From Chiloscyllium plagiosum (taxonomy: Eukaryota), in the NCBI RefSeq assembly GCF_004010195.1, contig NC_057748.1, forward strand, positions 331,132-395,131: a stretch of DNA of 64,000 nucleotides, written 5' to 3'. The notes below the pieces were generated by a model. That model was not told where the DNA came from, searched no databases, and worked only from the letters and a program-made list of their open reading frames with translations. Below, in pieces: positions 24,601-33,600 of the stretch (the first letter of the stretch is position 1; each line of letters begins with the position of its first letter). The translations under genes and the position numbers were made by a program.

Positions 24601-26222
24601 TGTCCCGTGTCCAGGGATGTACAGGAGAGGTGGGTTAGTCATGGGAAATACAGGGATAGCGTGAATCTGGGTGGGATGCTCTTCCGAGGGTCGGTGAGGA
24701 CTTGATGGCCCGAATGGCCTGTTCCCAACACTACACGGATTCTGTGAATCCAGGAGATTCTGATCAGACTTGTCCAGAGAGATACCGAACGTACTTTAAA
24801 TCTTTCTAGAACACATCATACTCTGTGATTTTAAAAGTTCACCATTAGAGACGCTCAGCTCCTGAGAAAAGGGGAGCTATGAGGTTAGGCTGGACTGGGT
24901 TAGGGGCACTTTCCCGGGTTGGTGGGTCGCCCCGGTCAGTTAAAGAGCCCCTTCGGGAGTTAGACCCCAGCCCCTCCGGCAGTCTCCCCCCTCCCTCCTT
25001 CCTGTCGGCCCCGTTCCTACCCTCGGGCCACATCGACCTTGTCGCCCGGAATCCTCCAGCCCCGGCTCGGGCAGCATGGACAGGCTGAGGGCGGGGAAGG
25101 AGCTGCTCAAGGATCTAATCCCCGGAAACGCTGACTCCCCAATCCCAGGGCAATCCGCTTCCCGCGGCTCTCACACCTCCCCTCCCCCCCCCCCCCAAAA
25201 CCCTAACCCCCCGNNNNNNNNNNNNNNNNNNNNNNNNNNNNNNNNNNNNNNNNNNNNNNNNNNNNNNNNNNNNNNNNNNNNNNNNNNNNNNNNNNNNNNN
25301 NNNNNNNNNNNNNNNNNNNNNNNNNNNNNNNNNNNNNNNNNNNNNNNNNNNNNNNNNNNNNNNNNNNNNNNNNNNNNNNNNNNNNNNNNNNNNNNNNNNN
25401 NNNNNNNNNNNNNNNNNNNNNNNNNNNNNNNNNNNNNNNNNNNNNNNNNNNNNNNNNNNNNNNNNNNNNNNNNNNNNNNNNNNNNNNNNNNNNNNNNNNN
25501 NNNNNNNNNNNNNNNNNNNNNNNNNNNNNNNNNNNNNNNNNNNNNNNNNNNNNNNNNNNNNNNNNNNNNNNNNNNNNNNNNNNNNNNNNNNNNNNNNNNN
25601 NNNNNNNNNNNNNNNNNNNNNNNNNNNNNNNNNNNNNNNNNNNNNNNNNNNNNNNNNNNNNNNNNNNNNNNNNNNNNNNNNNNNNNNNNNNNNNNNNNNN
25701 NNNNNNNNNNNNNNNNNNNNNNNNNNNNNNNNNNNNNNNNNNNNNNNNNNNNNNNNNNNNNNNNNNNNNNNNNNNNNNNNNNNNNNNNNNNNNNNNNNNN
25801 NNNNNNNNNNNNNNNNNNNNNNNNNNNNNNNNNNNNNNNNNNNNNNNNNNNNNNNNNNNNNNNNNNNNNNNNNNNNNNNNNNNNNNNNNNNNNNNNNNNN
25901 NNNNNNNNNNNNNNNNNNNNNNNNNNNNNNNNNNNNNNNNNNNNNNNNNNNNNNNNNNNNNNNNNNNNNNNNNNNNNNNNNNNNNNNNNNNNNNNNNNNN
26001 NNNNNNNNNNNNNNNNNNNNNNNNNNNNNNNNNNNNNNNNNNNNNNNNNNNNNNNNNNNNNNNNNNNNNNNNNNNNNNNNNNNNNNNNNNNNNNNNNNNN
26101 NNNNNNNNNNNNNNNNNNNNNNNNNNNNNNNNNNNACTCTCCCCCCGGTTCTCCTCACCTCCCAGTAACCCCACACCCCGGTACCTGGCCATGGTGCCGG
26201 TGCTCAGGTACAAGGCGGACAT
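3548..26222 (-). CDS. TULP2: Tubby-like protein (TULP2 by synteny), multi-exon, 3' part outside window
   Basis: Twelve phase-compatible GT-AG exons (1350 nt, 450 codons): 26185-26222, 20973-21014, 20673-20724, 19681-19831, 19065-19211, 16119-16232, 12161-12268, 10836-10985, 9100-9242, 7971-8147, 7063-7175, 3548-3662. They encode the N-terminal TUB/TULP IFT-A-binding helix and the first half of the tubby domain. The paralog name rests on the head-to-head position with NUCB1, as in human. Confidence 0.85.
3860..4880 (+). mobile_element. Old CR1-type LINE fragments
   Basis: Degenerate matches to CR1 RT/3' sequence (cagagggaccttggtgtc; catctggagtattgt, the PHLEYC motif). Confidence 0.55.
5030..6630 (-). 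mobile_element. Decayed CR1-type LINE (RT and 3' end)
   Basis: Minus-strand ORF fragment [33 protein letters not shown] plus CR1 RT-like remnants. Confidence 0.75.
6419..6514 (+). repeat. 48-bp exact tandem duplication inside the CR1 fragment
   Basis: ttccttaagtactttggaatgaagcataacaggccctggggatttatc occurs twice in tandem. Confidence 0.9.
7063..7175 (-). CDS. TULP2: TULP exon, tubby domain ([38 protein letters not shown])
   Basis: Boundaries are tttttag|GTA ... CTG AG|gtgag. Contains the near-invariant tubby motif [16 protein letters not shown]. Not in the supplied ORF track. Confidence 0.95.
7971..8147 (-). CDS. TULP2: TULP exon, start of tubby domain ([46 protein letters not shown])
   Basis: Boundaries are attcag|GAA ... 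AAG|gtgcc. 177 nt, phase 0-0. Confidence 0.95.
9100..9242 (-). CDS. TULP2: TULP exon, acidic linker ([23 protein letters not shown]...SSGKT)
   Basis: Boundaries are gttcag|CT ... ACT|gtgagt. 143 nt, phase 1-0, and it fits the flanking exons. Confidence 0.8.
10057..10525. mobile_element. Penelope-like insertion with inverted terminal segment, inside a CR1 fragment
   Basis: Flanked by a 14-bp TSD, aactgtgtgcagtt (10043-10056) and aactatgtgcagtt (10526-10539). Carries the PLE RT C-terminal peptide [34 protein letters not shown] on the minus strand. ~10058-10108 is the reverse complement of ~10437-10488. Confidence 0.8.
10836..10985 (-). CDS. TULP2: TULP exon, acidic linker ([20 protein letters not shown]...RGTKMK)
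   Basis: Boundaries are ctctgcag|GA ... AAA G|gtgcg. 150 nt, phase 1-1. Confidence 0.75.
12161..12268 (-). CDS. TULP2: TULP exon, linker with basic stretch ([11 protein letters not shown]...[11 protein letters not shown])
   Basis: Boundaries are tatctcag|CA ... ACA G|gtcagt. 108 nt, phase 1-1. Confidence 0.72.
12979..13245 (-). mobile_element. Penelope-derived repeat fragment (family A)
   Basis: Begins with ggagaaagtgaggtctgcagatgctggagatcagagctgaaaatgtgttgctggaaaag, shared with the copies at 36390, 56105 and 63490. Confidence 0.65.
13968..14795 (+). mobile_element. Young CR1/HER1-type LINE, 5'-truncated RT C-terminus, runs into an N-gap
   Basis: Uninterrupted frame [20 protein letters not shown]...SKFADD...[16 protein letters not shown]...[18 protein letters not shown]. 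Confidence 0.92.
15282..15403 (+). repeat. GA/CAGA-rich microsatellite between two gaps
   Basis: Low-complexity (AG)n/(ACAG)n sequence. Confidence 0.85.
16119..16232 (-). CDS. TULP2: TULP exon, linker ([37 protein letters not shown])
   Basis: Boundaries are gttcacag|AT ... AAA G|gtcag. 114 nt, phase 1-1. Confidence 0.75.
16540..17420 (-). mobile_element. Decayed non-LTR retrotransposon (second LINE family, endonuclease region)
   Basis: Peptide [15 protein letters not shown]. The DNA is shared with 60860-61070. Confidence 0.65.
17496..17825 (+). mobile_element. HE1-type tRNA-derived SINE
   Basis: A-box-like tagctcagtggtt, B-box-like attcgattcc, core ctgtgtggagtttgcac, and tail gggcctgtttccacactgtagggaatctaatc. 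Confidence 0.85.
19065..19211 (-). CDS. TULP2: TULP exon, linker ([25 protein letters not shown]...WDLGK)
   Basis: A pyrimidine tract precedes gaag|AT, and the exon ends AAA G|gtaaag. 147 nt, phase 1-1. An in-frame alternative acceptor lies 21 nt inside. Confidence 0.65.
19681..19831 (-). CDS. TULP2: TULP exon, IFT-A-binding helix ([30 protein letters not shown]...)
   Basis: Boundaries are ttctcccag|TGG ... TCA G|gtacc. Matches the TUB/TULP KQxxKRQxxLMVQAN motif. Confidence 0.92.
19905..20530 (+). repeat. ~69-bp minisatellite, ~9 copies
   Basis: Unit is gggttagatacagagtaaagctccctctacactgtcccatcaaacactcccaggacagggacagcac, with 68-70 bp spacing. The same unit occurs inverted at 46290-46440. 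Confidence 0.93.
20673..20724 (-). CDS. TULP2: TULP exon ([17 protein letters not shown])
   Basis: Boundaries are cctgcag|T ... CAG|gtagg. Homologous to the TUB segment SVLDDEGxxLRQQKLDRQ. 52 nt, phase 2-0. Confidence 0.9.
20973..21014 (-). CDS. TULP2: TULP small exon ([14 protein letters not shown])
   Basis: Boundaries are tctttctccctctgggtcccag|G ... AG|gtaac. 42 nt, phase 2-2. Confidence 0.65.
22165..22890 (-). mobile_element. CR1-type LINE 3' fragments
   Basis: Peptide [17 protein letters not shown]...[16 protein letters not shown]. Confidence 0.8.
24517..24745 (+). mobile_element. Degenerate HE1-type SINE
   Basis: B-box-like gttcgagtcc and tail gatggcccgaatggcctgttccc. Confidence 0.6.
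26185..26222 (-). CDS. TULP2: TULP first coding exon ([13 protein letters not shown])
   Basis: The ATG lies in a CpG island, and the GCC AG|gtacc phase-2 donor matches the next exon. Confidence 0.7.
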
Positions 26223-26360
26223 GCTGCTCCACCGCCGCTTCCGGCTTCACTCCGGGGGCGGTGCCACAAACAGATCTGCGGCCTCCCATTGGCCGTCGGT
26301 TCCTGCGGCAACCGGGCGTCACAAAGCATGGAACGCCCATCAGTGACATCACTGGAGGCC
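26223..26360 (-). promoter_or_regulatory. CpG-island promoter/5'UTR of the TULP gene
   Basis: CpG-rich. Minus-strand ETS CCGGAAG (~26238-26244) and CCAAT (26288-26292), plus X-box-like GTTCCTGCGGCAAC (26299-26312) and CRE-like TGACATCA (26344-26351). Confidence 0.6.
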
Positions 26361-27149
26361 AGCCTCTTAAAGCGACATCGCCACCAAAAACGGGGCTTCG
26401 CCATTTCAGTTGCACAATGATATATATCGACCCCTCAATGCGGCGATATTTTTGATTTGACCGTGAAGCGTCCACTTTTCCCAGTCTAACAATGAATGAA
26501 TAAAGATGTGCAGGTTAGGTGGACTTGCCATGGGAAATTGTCCACAGTGTCCAGGGATGTGGAAATGCAGGGTTACAGGAATAGGTTAAGCGGGTGGGTC
26601 TGGTGTGAACTCGATGGGCCGAATGGCCAGCTTCCACACTGTAGGGATTGTATTATTCCATGAATATTTTAAAATGAACGAGCAATGGTTGGGAACCGAG
26701 ACCTGAATTTAACAATAAAGTGCATTTCTAATTCAATTTAATTCTCAGGCATTCCGTTAAGTGAGATTGAAATGTAATTGCTCATGTAATGAAGGATGTG
26801 GCTGGTGGTGGGTCTACAGCACAAAGGAACCAGCCGCGTGGGTCCATTTCTCACATCGGTTTAGATAACTGTGAAGGCCTCTCCTCAAATCCTCCCCTTG
26901 ACTGGGACATGATCATCCTCGGGTGAAGCCTCCTCCAGTTTTCTCTCTCTAATCAGACAGCAACCCTATGGTGATGTTACTTTGTCTGCTTTTGTAATGC
27001 AAAAAAGAGCAGGAAACTTATGCATAGCAAGATCTCACAGAGCTTTTGGAGAGGCCAATCAAGCAAAAGAGTTCCATCATTTTCCAAATTATAAACATGA
27101 TTACTGTTCCCACGTAAGAGGACTAAGAACATGGCCTTCAAATAACAAC

Positions 27150-27400
27150 CACTGACAGTGCGGCACTCTTTCAGCACTCCCCCTCTGACAGTGTGGCACT
27201 CCTTCAGCACTGACCCTCTGACAGTGTAGCACTCCCTCAGCACTGACCCTCTGACAGTGTAGCACTCTCTCAGCACTGTCCCTCTGGCAGTGCAGCACTC
27301 TCTCAGCACTGTCCCTCTGACAGTGCAGCACTCCCTCAGCACTGTCCCTCTGGCCGTGCGGCACTCCCTCGGCACCGACCCTTCACAATGCAGTACTGAC
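27150..27400 (+). repeat. 33-bp minisatellite, ~7 copies
   Basis: Unit is ctgacagtgcggcactccctcagcactgaccct. It explains the RECCTVRG pseudo-ORF. Confidence 0.92.
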
Positions 27401-27673
27401 CCTGGAGCTGTGCGATGCTCCTTCAGTATTACTGTTAGTATCAGCTTGGATCAGAGGCAGAATCACAGAAATGTGACAGCACAGGAGGCTATTCAGCCCA
27501 TTGAATGAAGCATTCAATTGCTACCATTCCCCTCCCTTTTAAGCTTATGCTGGCACATTATTTACATTAAGTTAATCATTCTATCCCGTCTTGGTAACTT
27601 TGATTGAATCTATCTGCAGCATTCTCAGGCAGTTCATTCCGAACTCCAGCAGCTGCTGTGTGCAAATGGTTGT

Positions 27674-27975
27674 GGGCGGCACGGTGGCACAGTGGTTAGC
27701 ACTGCTGCCTCACAGCGCCAGAGACCTGAGTTCAATTCCCGCCTCAAGCGACTGACTGTGTGGAGTTTGCACGTGTCTGCGTGGGTTTCCTCTGGGTGCT
27801 CCGGTTTCCTCCCACAGTCCAAAGATGTGCAGGTCAGGTGAATTGGCCATGCTAAATTGCCCGTAGTGTTAGGTAAGGGGTAAATGTAGGGGTATGGGTG
27901 GGTTGTGCTTCGGCGGGGCGGTGTGGACTTGTTGGGCCGAAGGGCCTGTTTCCACACTGTAAGTAATCTAATCTA
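27674..27975 (+). mobile_element. HE1-type tRNA-derived SINE, near full length
   Basis: Starts gggcggcacggtggcacagtggttagc (A box), has gttcaattcc (B box) and an (AATCT)n tail. Confidence 0.9.
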
Positions 27976-28914
27976 CTGGAAAATTACACCATGTTCTTCG
28001 TGACCTGCAAAACATTATCAATGGAGATGAGCACCTCACCAAGATCTTCCCCACACCTACATTACTTGCCTTTAAACAACCACCAAACCTCAAACAGATC
28101 ATTGTTCGTAGCAAACTGCCTGTCTCTCAGGACAACTCCACACAACCCTGTCACGGTGGACGCTGCAAAACGTGTCAGATTGTGGACATACCACTATTAC
28201 GCGTGGGAACACCTCCCGCCGTGTACATGGCAGGTACTCATGTGACTCAGCCAACATTGTCTATCTTATACGTTGCAGGCAAGGATGCCCAGAGGCATGG
28301 TACATTGGGGAAACTGAGCAAAGGCTACGACAACGGATGAATGGGCACCGCACAACAATCAACAGCACACTCCCACTCTCTTTCACACACACTCCCAATC
28401 CCTCTCTCTCACACACACTCCCACACATGCACACCCTCACAGACTTAAGACACTCTGCACTCACTACACACACACACGCACACACATAACCCCCACCCCA
28501 GACAGACACACACACACAGACAGACAAAGACCCACATGCACACATATATTTTGTGTGGTGAATTTGTACTTGCAGAGTTACATTGTACTTTGCTCAAAAA
28601 CTGCATGCATTCATGTAGAACTCTGATTCTAATCTAAAAAGTGAGATAACGGAGTTTTACATAAATTCATGCAGTTTTTGAGCTCAGGGTTCTACATGAA
28701 TGTATGCAGAACTCTGTAGAACTCTGAGCTCAAAAACTGCATGAATTTATGGAAAACTCTGTTACTTCACTTTTTAGATTGGAATCAATCTAAAGACAGG
28801 GGGCTAACATCTTCAACACAGGGTAAAAACAATGACTGCAGATGCTGGAAACACTCTCTCCCCACCCCCACCCTCCTCTAGCTTATCTCTTCATGCTTCA
28901 GGCTCTCTGCCTTT

Positions 28915-28950
28915 ATTCCTGATGAAGGGCTTTTGCCCGAAACGTCGATT
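28915..28950 (+). ncRNA. Minimal hammerhead ribozyme motif, family A
   Basis: CTGATGA-A-GGGC-TTTT-GCCC-GAAA-CG-TC. The core is intact and stem I is weak. It sits in an insert bounded by the TSD catcttcaaca (28808-28818 and 28987-28997). Confidence 0.6.
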
Positions 28951-29211
28951 TTGCTGAAGCTCCTCGATGCTGCCTGAATTGCTGTCCATCTTCAACATAT
29001 TGACTAGCTATCACCATTGTTAACAGCTAACCCGAGAATGCAACTTTAAAAAAAGGGTTTTGTGATTTACACATGAAAGAAGTGAAACTATCACTGTATT
29101 CTAACAGATGAAAGGCTTAACAGACAATCAATTTTTCAATGTATAATTTCAGTCACATCACATTGCAAGTGTTTGCTATAAATTCTGTGTTACGATCGAG
29201 CCCTCCACTAT

Positions 29212-29246
29212 CACCTGATGAAGGAGCGTCGCTCCGAAAGCTAGTG
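29212..29246 (+). ncRNA. Minimal hammerhead ribozyme motif, family B
   Basis: cac-CTGATGA-A-GGAGC-GTC-GCTCC-GAAA-GC-TA-gtg. It has a 3-bp stem I, a 5-bp stem II and palindromic AGCT in place of stem III. Confidence 0.65.
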
Positions 29247-29499
29247 TGCTTCCAATTAAACCTGTTGGACTGTAACCTGGTGTTGTGTGATTTTTAATCT
29301 AATCTAAAAATGGTTTTCTTCAAATTTGTGCCCTCTTGCTCCTGAGGAGATTGTCTCCTTGAGGAAACTCCGGAATTGTGCGCCGCACTGCAAGACCCAG
29401 GTGATTGATTCCAGGGAGAGCGAGGCTCCAGGAGCTGGTGTGTGGGACCTGCAGCTCAGACACTGCCCTGGTCCGCCCAGGAGATTATTTCCCAGTCAC

Positions 29500-29603
29500 T
29501 AACTTCCGGGGGCGGGGCGCCGTAATGACGTCACTCCGCGCTGTGCGTGTGAGGTCACGGTGGAGGCGGAGCCAGGGCCGGGGCCTAGCGGAAAACGGAG
29601 AAG
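29500..29603 (+). promoter_or_regulatory. NUCB1 CpG-island promoter and probable non-coding exon 1
   Basis: ETS site ACTTCCGG, GC box GGGGCGGGGC, perfect CRE TGACGTCA (29526-29533), and candidate donor AAG|gtgcgg after 29603. Confidence 0.65.
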
Positions 29604-30538
29604 GTGCGGGGGTCACTGATCATATAGAAAATATAAAGGGTCATATGTATATATAGGGTCATATATCACAGAAGGGGGCGCGTTACACGGTCAGGGATTA
29701 TAATGTACAGCTTATAGATCATTAATGTATGTAATGTCGGAGAAATATAGGTCATAACCTATAGAATATATACAGCCGGNNNNNNNNNNNNNNNNNNNNN
29801 NNNNNNNNNNNNNNNNNNNNNNNNNNNNNNNNNNNNNNNNNNNNNNNNNNNNNNNNNNNNNNNNNNNNNNNNNNNNNNNNNNNNNNNNNNNNNNNNNNNN
29901 NNNNNNNNNNNNNNNNNNNNNNNNNNNNNNNNNNNNNNNNNNNNNNNNNNNNNNNNNNNNNNNNNNNNNNNNNNNNNNNNNNNNNNNNNNNNNNNNNNNN
30001 NNNNNNNNNNNNNNNNNNNNNNNNNNNNNNNNNNNNNNNNNNNNNNNNNNNNNNNNNNNNNNNNNNNNNNNNNNNNNNNNNNNNNNNNNNNNNNNNNNNN
30101 NNNNNNNNNNNNNNNNNNNNNNNNNNNNNNNNNNNNNNNNNNNNNNNNNNNNNNNNNNNNNNNNNNNNNNNNNNNNNNNNNNNNNNNNNNNNNNNNNNNN
30201 NNNNNNNNNNNNNNNNNNNNNNNNNNNNNNNNNNNNNNNNNNNNNNNNNNNNNNNNNNNNNNNNNNNNNNNNNNNNNNNNNNNNNNNNNNNNNNNNNNNN
30301 NNNNNNNNNNNNNNNNNNNNNNNNNNNNNNNNNNNNNNNNNNNNNNNNNNNNNNNNNNNNNNNNNNNNNNGGTGAGGGAGGGGTGGGGGTGAGGGGGCAG
30401 CAGTGGGTGTGGTGATTTCTTCGGGATGATGGGGGCTTTGGGTGTATTTATCTGTTTCTGAGTTTGTGGCTCCCTCATTGACCCACTGTCAGGTTCACTC
30501 TCTCTCCTTGTCACAGGTTTCTGAAACGAATCTCAGAA

Positions 30539-30646
30539 ATGGAGCTGTGCTGGTGTCTTCTCTTCAGCCTCTTAGTGTCAGCTGTGGCCGTGCCCATCGA
30601 CCGATCAAAGAAAAAAGATGAAAATCAAATCAAACCGGACTCAACG
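30539..30646 (+). CDS. NUCB1: NUCB1 coding exon 1 (signal peptide, [22 protein letters not shown])
   Basis: Acceptor at 30516 and donor ACG|gtgag. Confidence 0.9.
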
Positions 30647-33600
30647 GTGAGCGCTGAGTGTGCACAGCCCTGGGTGTGTACGGGGTTGGGGATGGGATGG
30701 AGTCTGTGCTCTACAGCGAGGGGTGAGAGGGTTGTGGATTCGGCTGAGATTGGCTGTGATGCTATGACCAGGAGCATGGACTGTGGGTGATCAGTTAGCT
30801 TTCCTGATAACTGAGCTGTCCCTGTACAAACCAACAAGCTGAGCAGAGGCAGGCAGCACTCAGGAGGCCGACCTGTCCTGTGTGCCTTATACTCAGCAGA
30901 TATGGTCCACTGGAGATCCCTGCAAATGTCAGTCTGTTGATATATTTGGAAGTTGAGCGGGGAGGAATGTTCAACATCTCCAACCTTCCAACGTTCAGTT
31001 TGGTTGTTTACCTGCCTTTGTCTCAGGAAGCGTTCCCTGCCCTCAGCCATGGTTCCATTTTGAAGATTCTGTCCACTTGTTCTCGAATTCCCAGTTAGAG
31101 GTAATTCTTTCTTTCTCTGTTAGACCCCTCAGCTCACAACCTCATTCCTGATGAAGGGCTTTTGCCCGAAGCGTTAATTCTCCTGCTCCTCAGACGCTGC
31201 CTGACCTGCTGTGCTTTTCCAGCACCACACTCTCAACTCTGATCTCCAGCATCTGCAATCCTCACTGTTGCCTAATTATTTCTTTCTGTACATTCTACTA
31301 ACACCTAACATTTTCCACACCTTAAAAAGTTGTCCCTCTATATCCTAAAATGGGATTATAATTCCAGCCTGTCCCCATAATTTAACCCTTTCTTCCCACT
31401 GTCATCCCGGTGAACCAGTAACAGCATCTCCAAGACTTGCTCCTGAGACGCCGCTGCCCCTGATGGATGGGGCTTGCACAACATTCAGTGCAGTCGAGTC
31501 TCTGTCTCCCACATCAGTAATGTTTTTATCCTTGCTGATAATACACAGAAATAACTGGTACTCCTTTCGAACACAGACTTAGTGCAAAGCCAAAATCAAC
31601 ATGTGGAAACCACTAACCAGTGCTCCTTTGTTGACCATCTCTCTGTCTTGTTTTCTGAGTGTTTCTTTGCTCTTGTGCAGGACACTGGTTTATATTATGA
31701 TCGATATCTCCGCGAAGTGATCGACGTGTTGGAGACTGATACCCATTTCCGTGAGAAACTGCAGACGGCGGATGTAGAGGATATAAAGGTCAGTATGTAG
31801 TTGCTGCTGAGTGTGTCTCTGAGCAGGATTCCTGAGCACCACAGGATGCTCTGATGTGCTGGGACACTGACCAGGTCCATGCACTTTCTAGCTGAGCAAT
31901 AGCCTAGCTCCTGACAGTTTGATGTTGCTGTTTGTGTTTCAGAGTGGCAAGCTGAGCACAGAGCTGGATTTAGTCAGTCACCATATCCGCACAAGGCTGG
32001 ATGAGCTGAAACGACAAGAGGTGTCCAGGTTACGGATGCTCATCAGGGCCAAAATGGACGCTGAGCAGGGAGAGAGTAAATATTGCTGCTTTGTATAAAC
32101 TGCGGAGTTGGGGGGGAAAGCTGTGTCGGGTTTGGACATGATCACAGCAGAGAGTTGGCGCAGACTGAGTTTGTGGCTGAGGTGAACTCAGGACACGATT
32201 ATTTCAGTGGGAAAAGTGAGGACTGCAGATGCTGGACATCAGAGTCAAGAGTGTGGTGCTGGAAAAGCACAGCAGGTCAGTCAGGGTCCAAGGAGCAGGC
32301 GAATCGACGTTTCGGGCAAAAGCCCTTTATCAGGAATCCTGACAAAGGGCTTATGCCCGAAACGTCGATTCCCCTGCTCCTTGGATGCTGCCTGACGGTT
32401 AGTTCAGTGTTTGTTTTAAACATTGAGTGGGGATGTTCATGTTAATTTGTCAGTCTCTGTCCTTCAGCAGTTTGATGAAACTGTGTTTGCTTTCCCAAAC
32501 ACCTTCCCAGATGTACAGATCGACCACCTGAACCTGCTTAAGCAGATCGAACATCTGGACCCAAAGAACTCCCACACTTTCGAAGCTCGAGACCTGGAGC
32601 TACTGATCCGAGCGGTGAGGGCAGACAGAAAGTGAGCCGACCTGGTTAAGGATTGGGGGGGTTTCGGGAAGAGTCGGAGACGGGGTAGTGAGTCGGGAGA
32701 ACAGATCGAGGGAGGAGTGTGGGATTTGATTGACTCCAGTGGGAAGAGAGAGAGGTGCGGCTGAGCGGATCACGATTGGACGGGGAGGGGAAAGCGTGGA
32801 AGGGGTGGGGTGGGGACAGGGACAGGGGAGTGGGGTTCTCAGCTCTCTGGGATTGAGGCCATACACTGCTCTGTGTCCAGGCCACCAAGGACCTGGAGAA
32901 TTATGACCAGGCCCATCACGAGGAGTTCAAACGTTACGAGATGCTGAAGGAACACGAGAGGAGGGAGTACCTGAAGACATTGGATGGGGAGAAGCGGCAG
33001 ATGGAGGAGGCTCGGTTCAAAGAATTGAAACAGAAACATAAGGAGCACCCGAAAGTGAATGTTCCGGTGAGTGGGGGCTCGGGGTCGGTGGGGGAGCACA
33101 CTGGGTCAGAGATACCCTGGGTCAGGGGTGGGAGGCTCCGAGGTTCGGGGGGTGCCTGGGGTGGGGATTTAGGTGAGCCCAGGGGCAGGACACAGATCAC
33201 AGTGGGGTCAGATGACCCGGCCAGAGAAGGTCTGATGGTGACCCCCCCCCCCACACACACACAATGAGGGGTTGGGGGTTCTTTGTTGCTGCGAGACTCC
33301 AATCTTCCGCACTGAGCGAGGATGTCCTCCCCTTTTCCGAAGGGACATGGAGAGGATCGGTGTTACCTCTGTTTTGTTCTCTCAGGGAAGTCGGGATCAG
33401 CTGAAGGAAGTTTGGGAAGAGACGGATGGGCTGGATCCAAATGAGTTTGATCCGAAAACCTTCTTCAAACTGCACGGTAAAGTGTCCACCTCAGCCCCTG
33501 CAGTGACCCCCATAAACCCCCCTACTCCCCGGGCAGCTGACTGTACCCGGGATTACTGACCGTGAGCAGCTGTGCCCGCTCCCACTGCCCGGGTGCAGGG

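Larger units (their letters stand above)
27976..29294 (+). mobile_element. 5'-truncated Penelope-like element (GIY-YIG and 3' repeat) inserted in the SINE tail
   Basis: Peptide RYSCDSANIVYLIRCRQGCPEAWYIGETEQRLRQRMNGHR (GIY-YIG). Flanked by the 12-bp duplication taatctaatcta (27964-27975 and 29295-29306). Confidence 0.85.

Noticed and set aside
26977-27375. Cys-rich RECCTVRG ORF resembling a zinc-finger or metallothionein protein
   Set aside because: It is a translation of the 33-bp minisatellite.
27674-27750. tRNA-like A and B boxes (also 17496, 24517, 56620, 63150)
   Set aside because: These are the heads of HE1-type SINEs, not tRNA genes.
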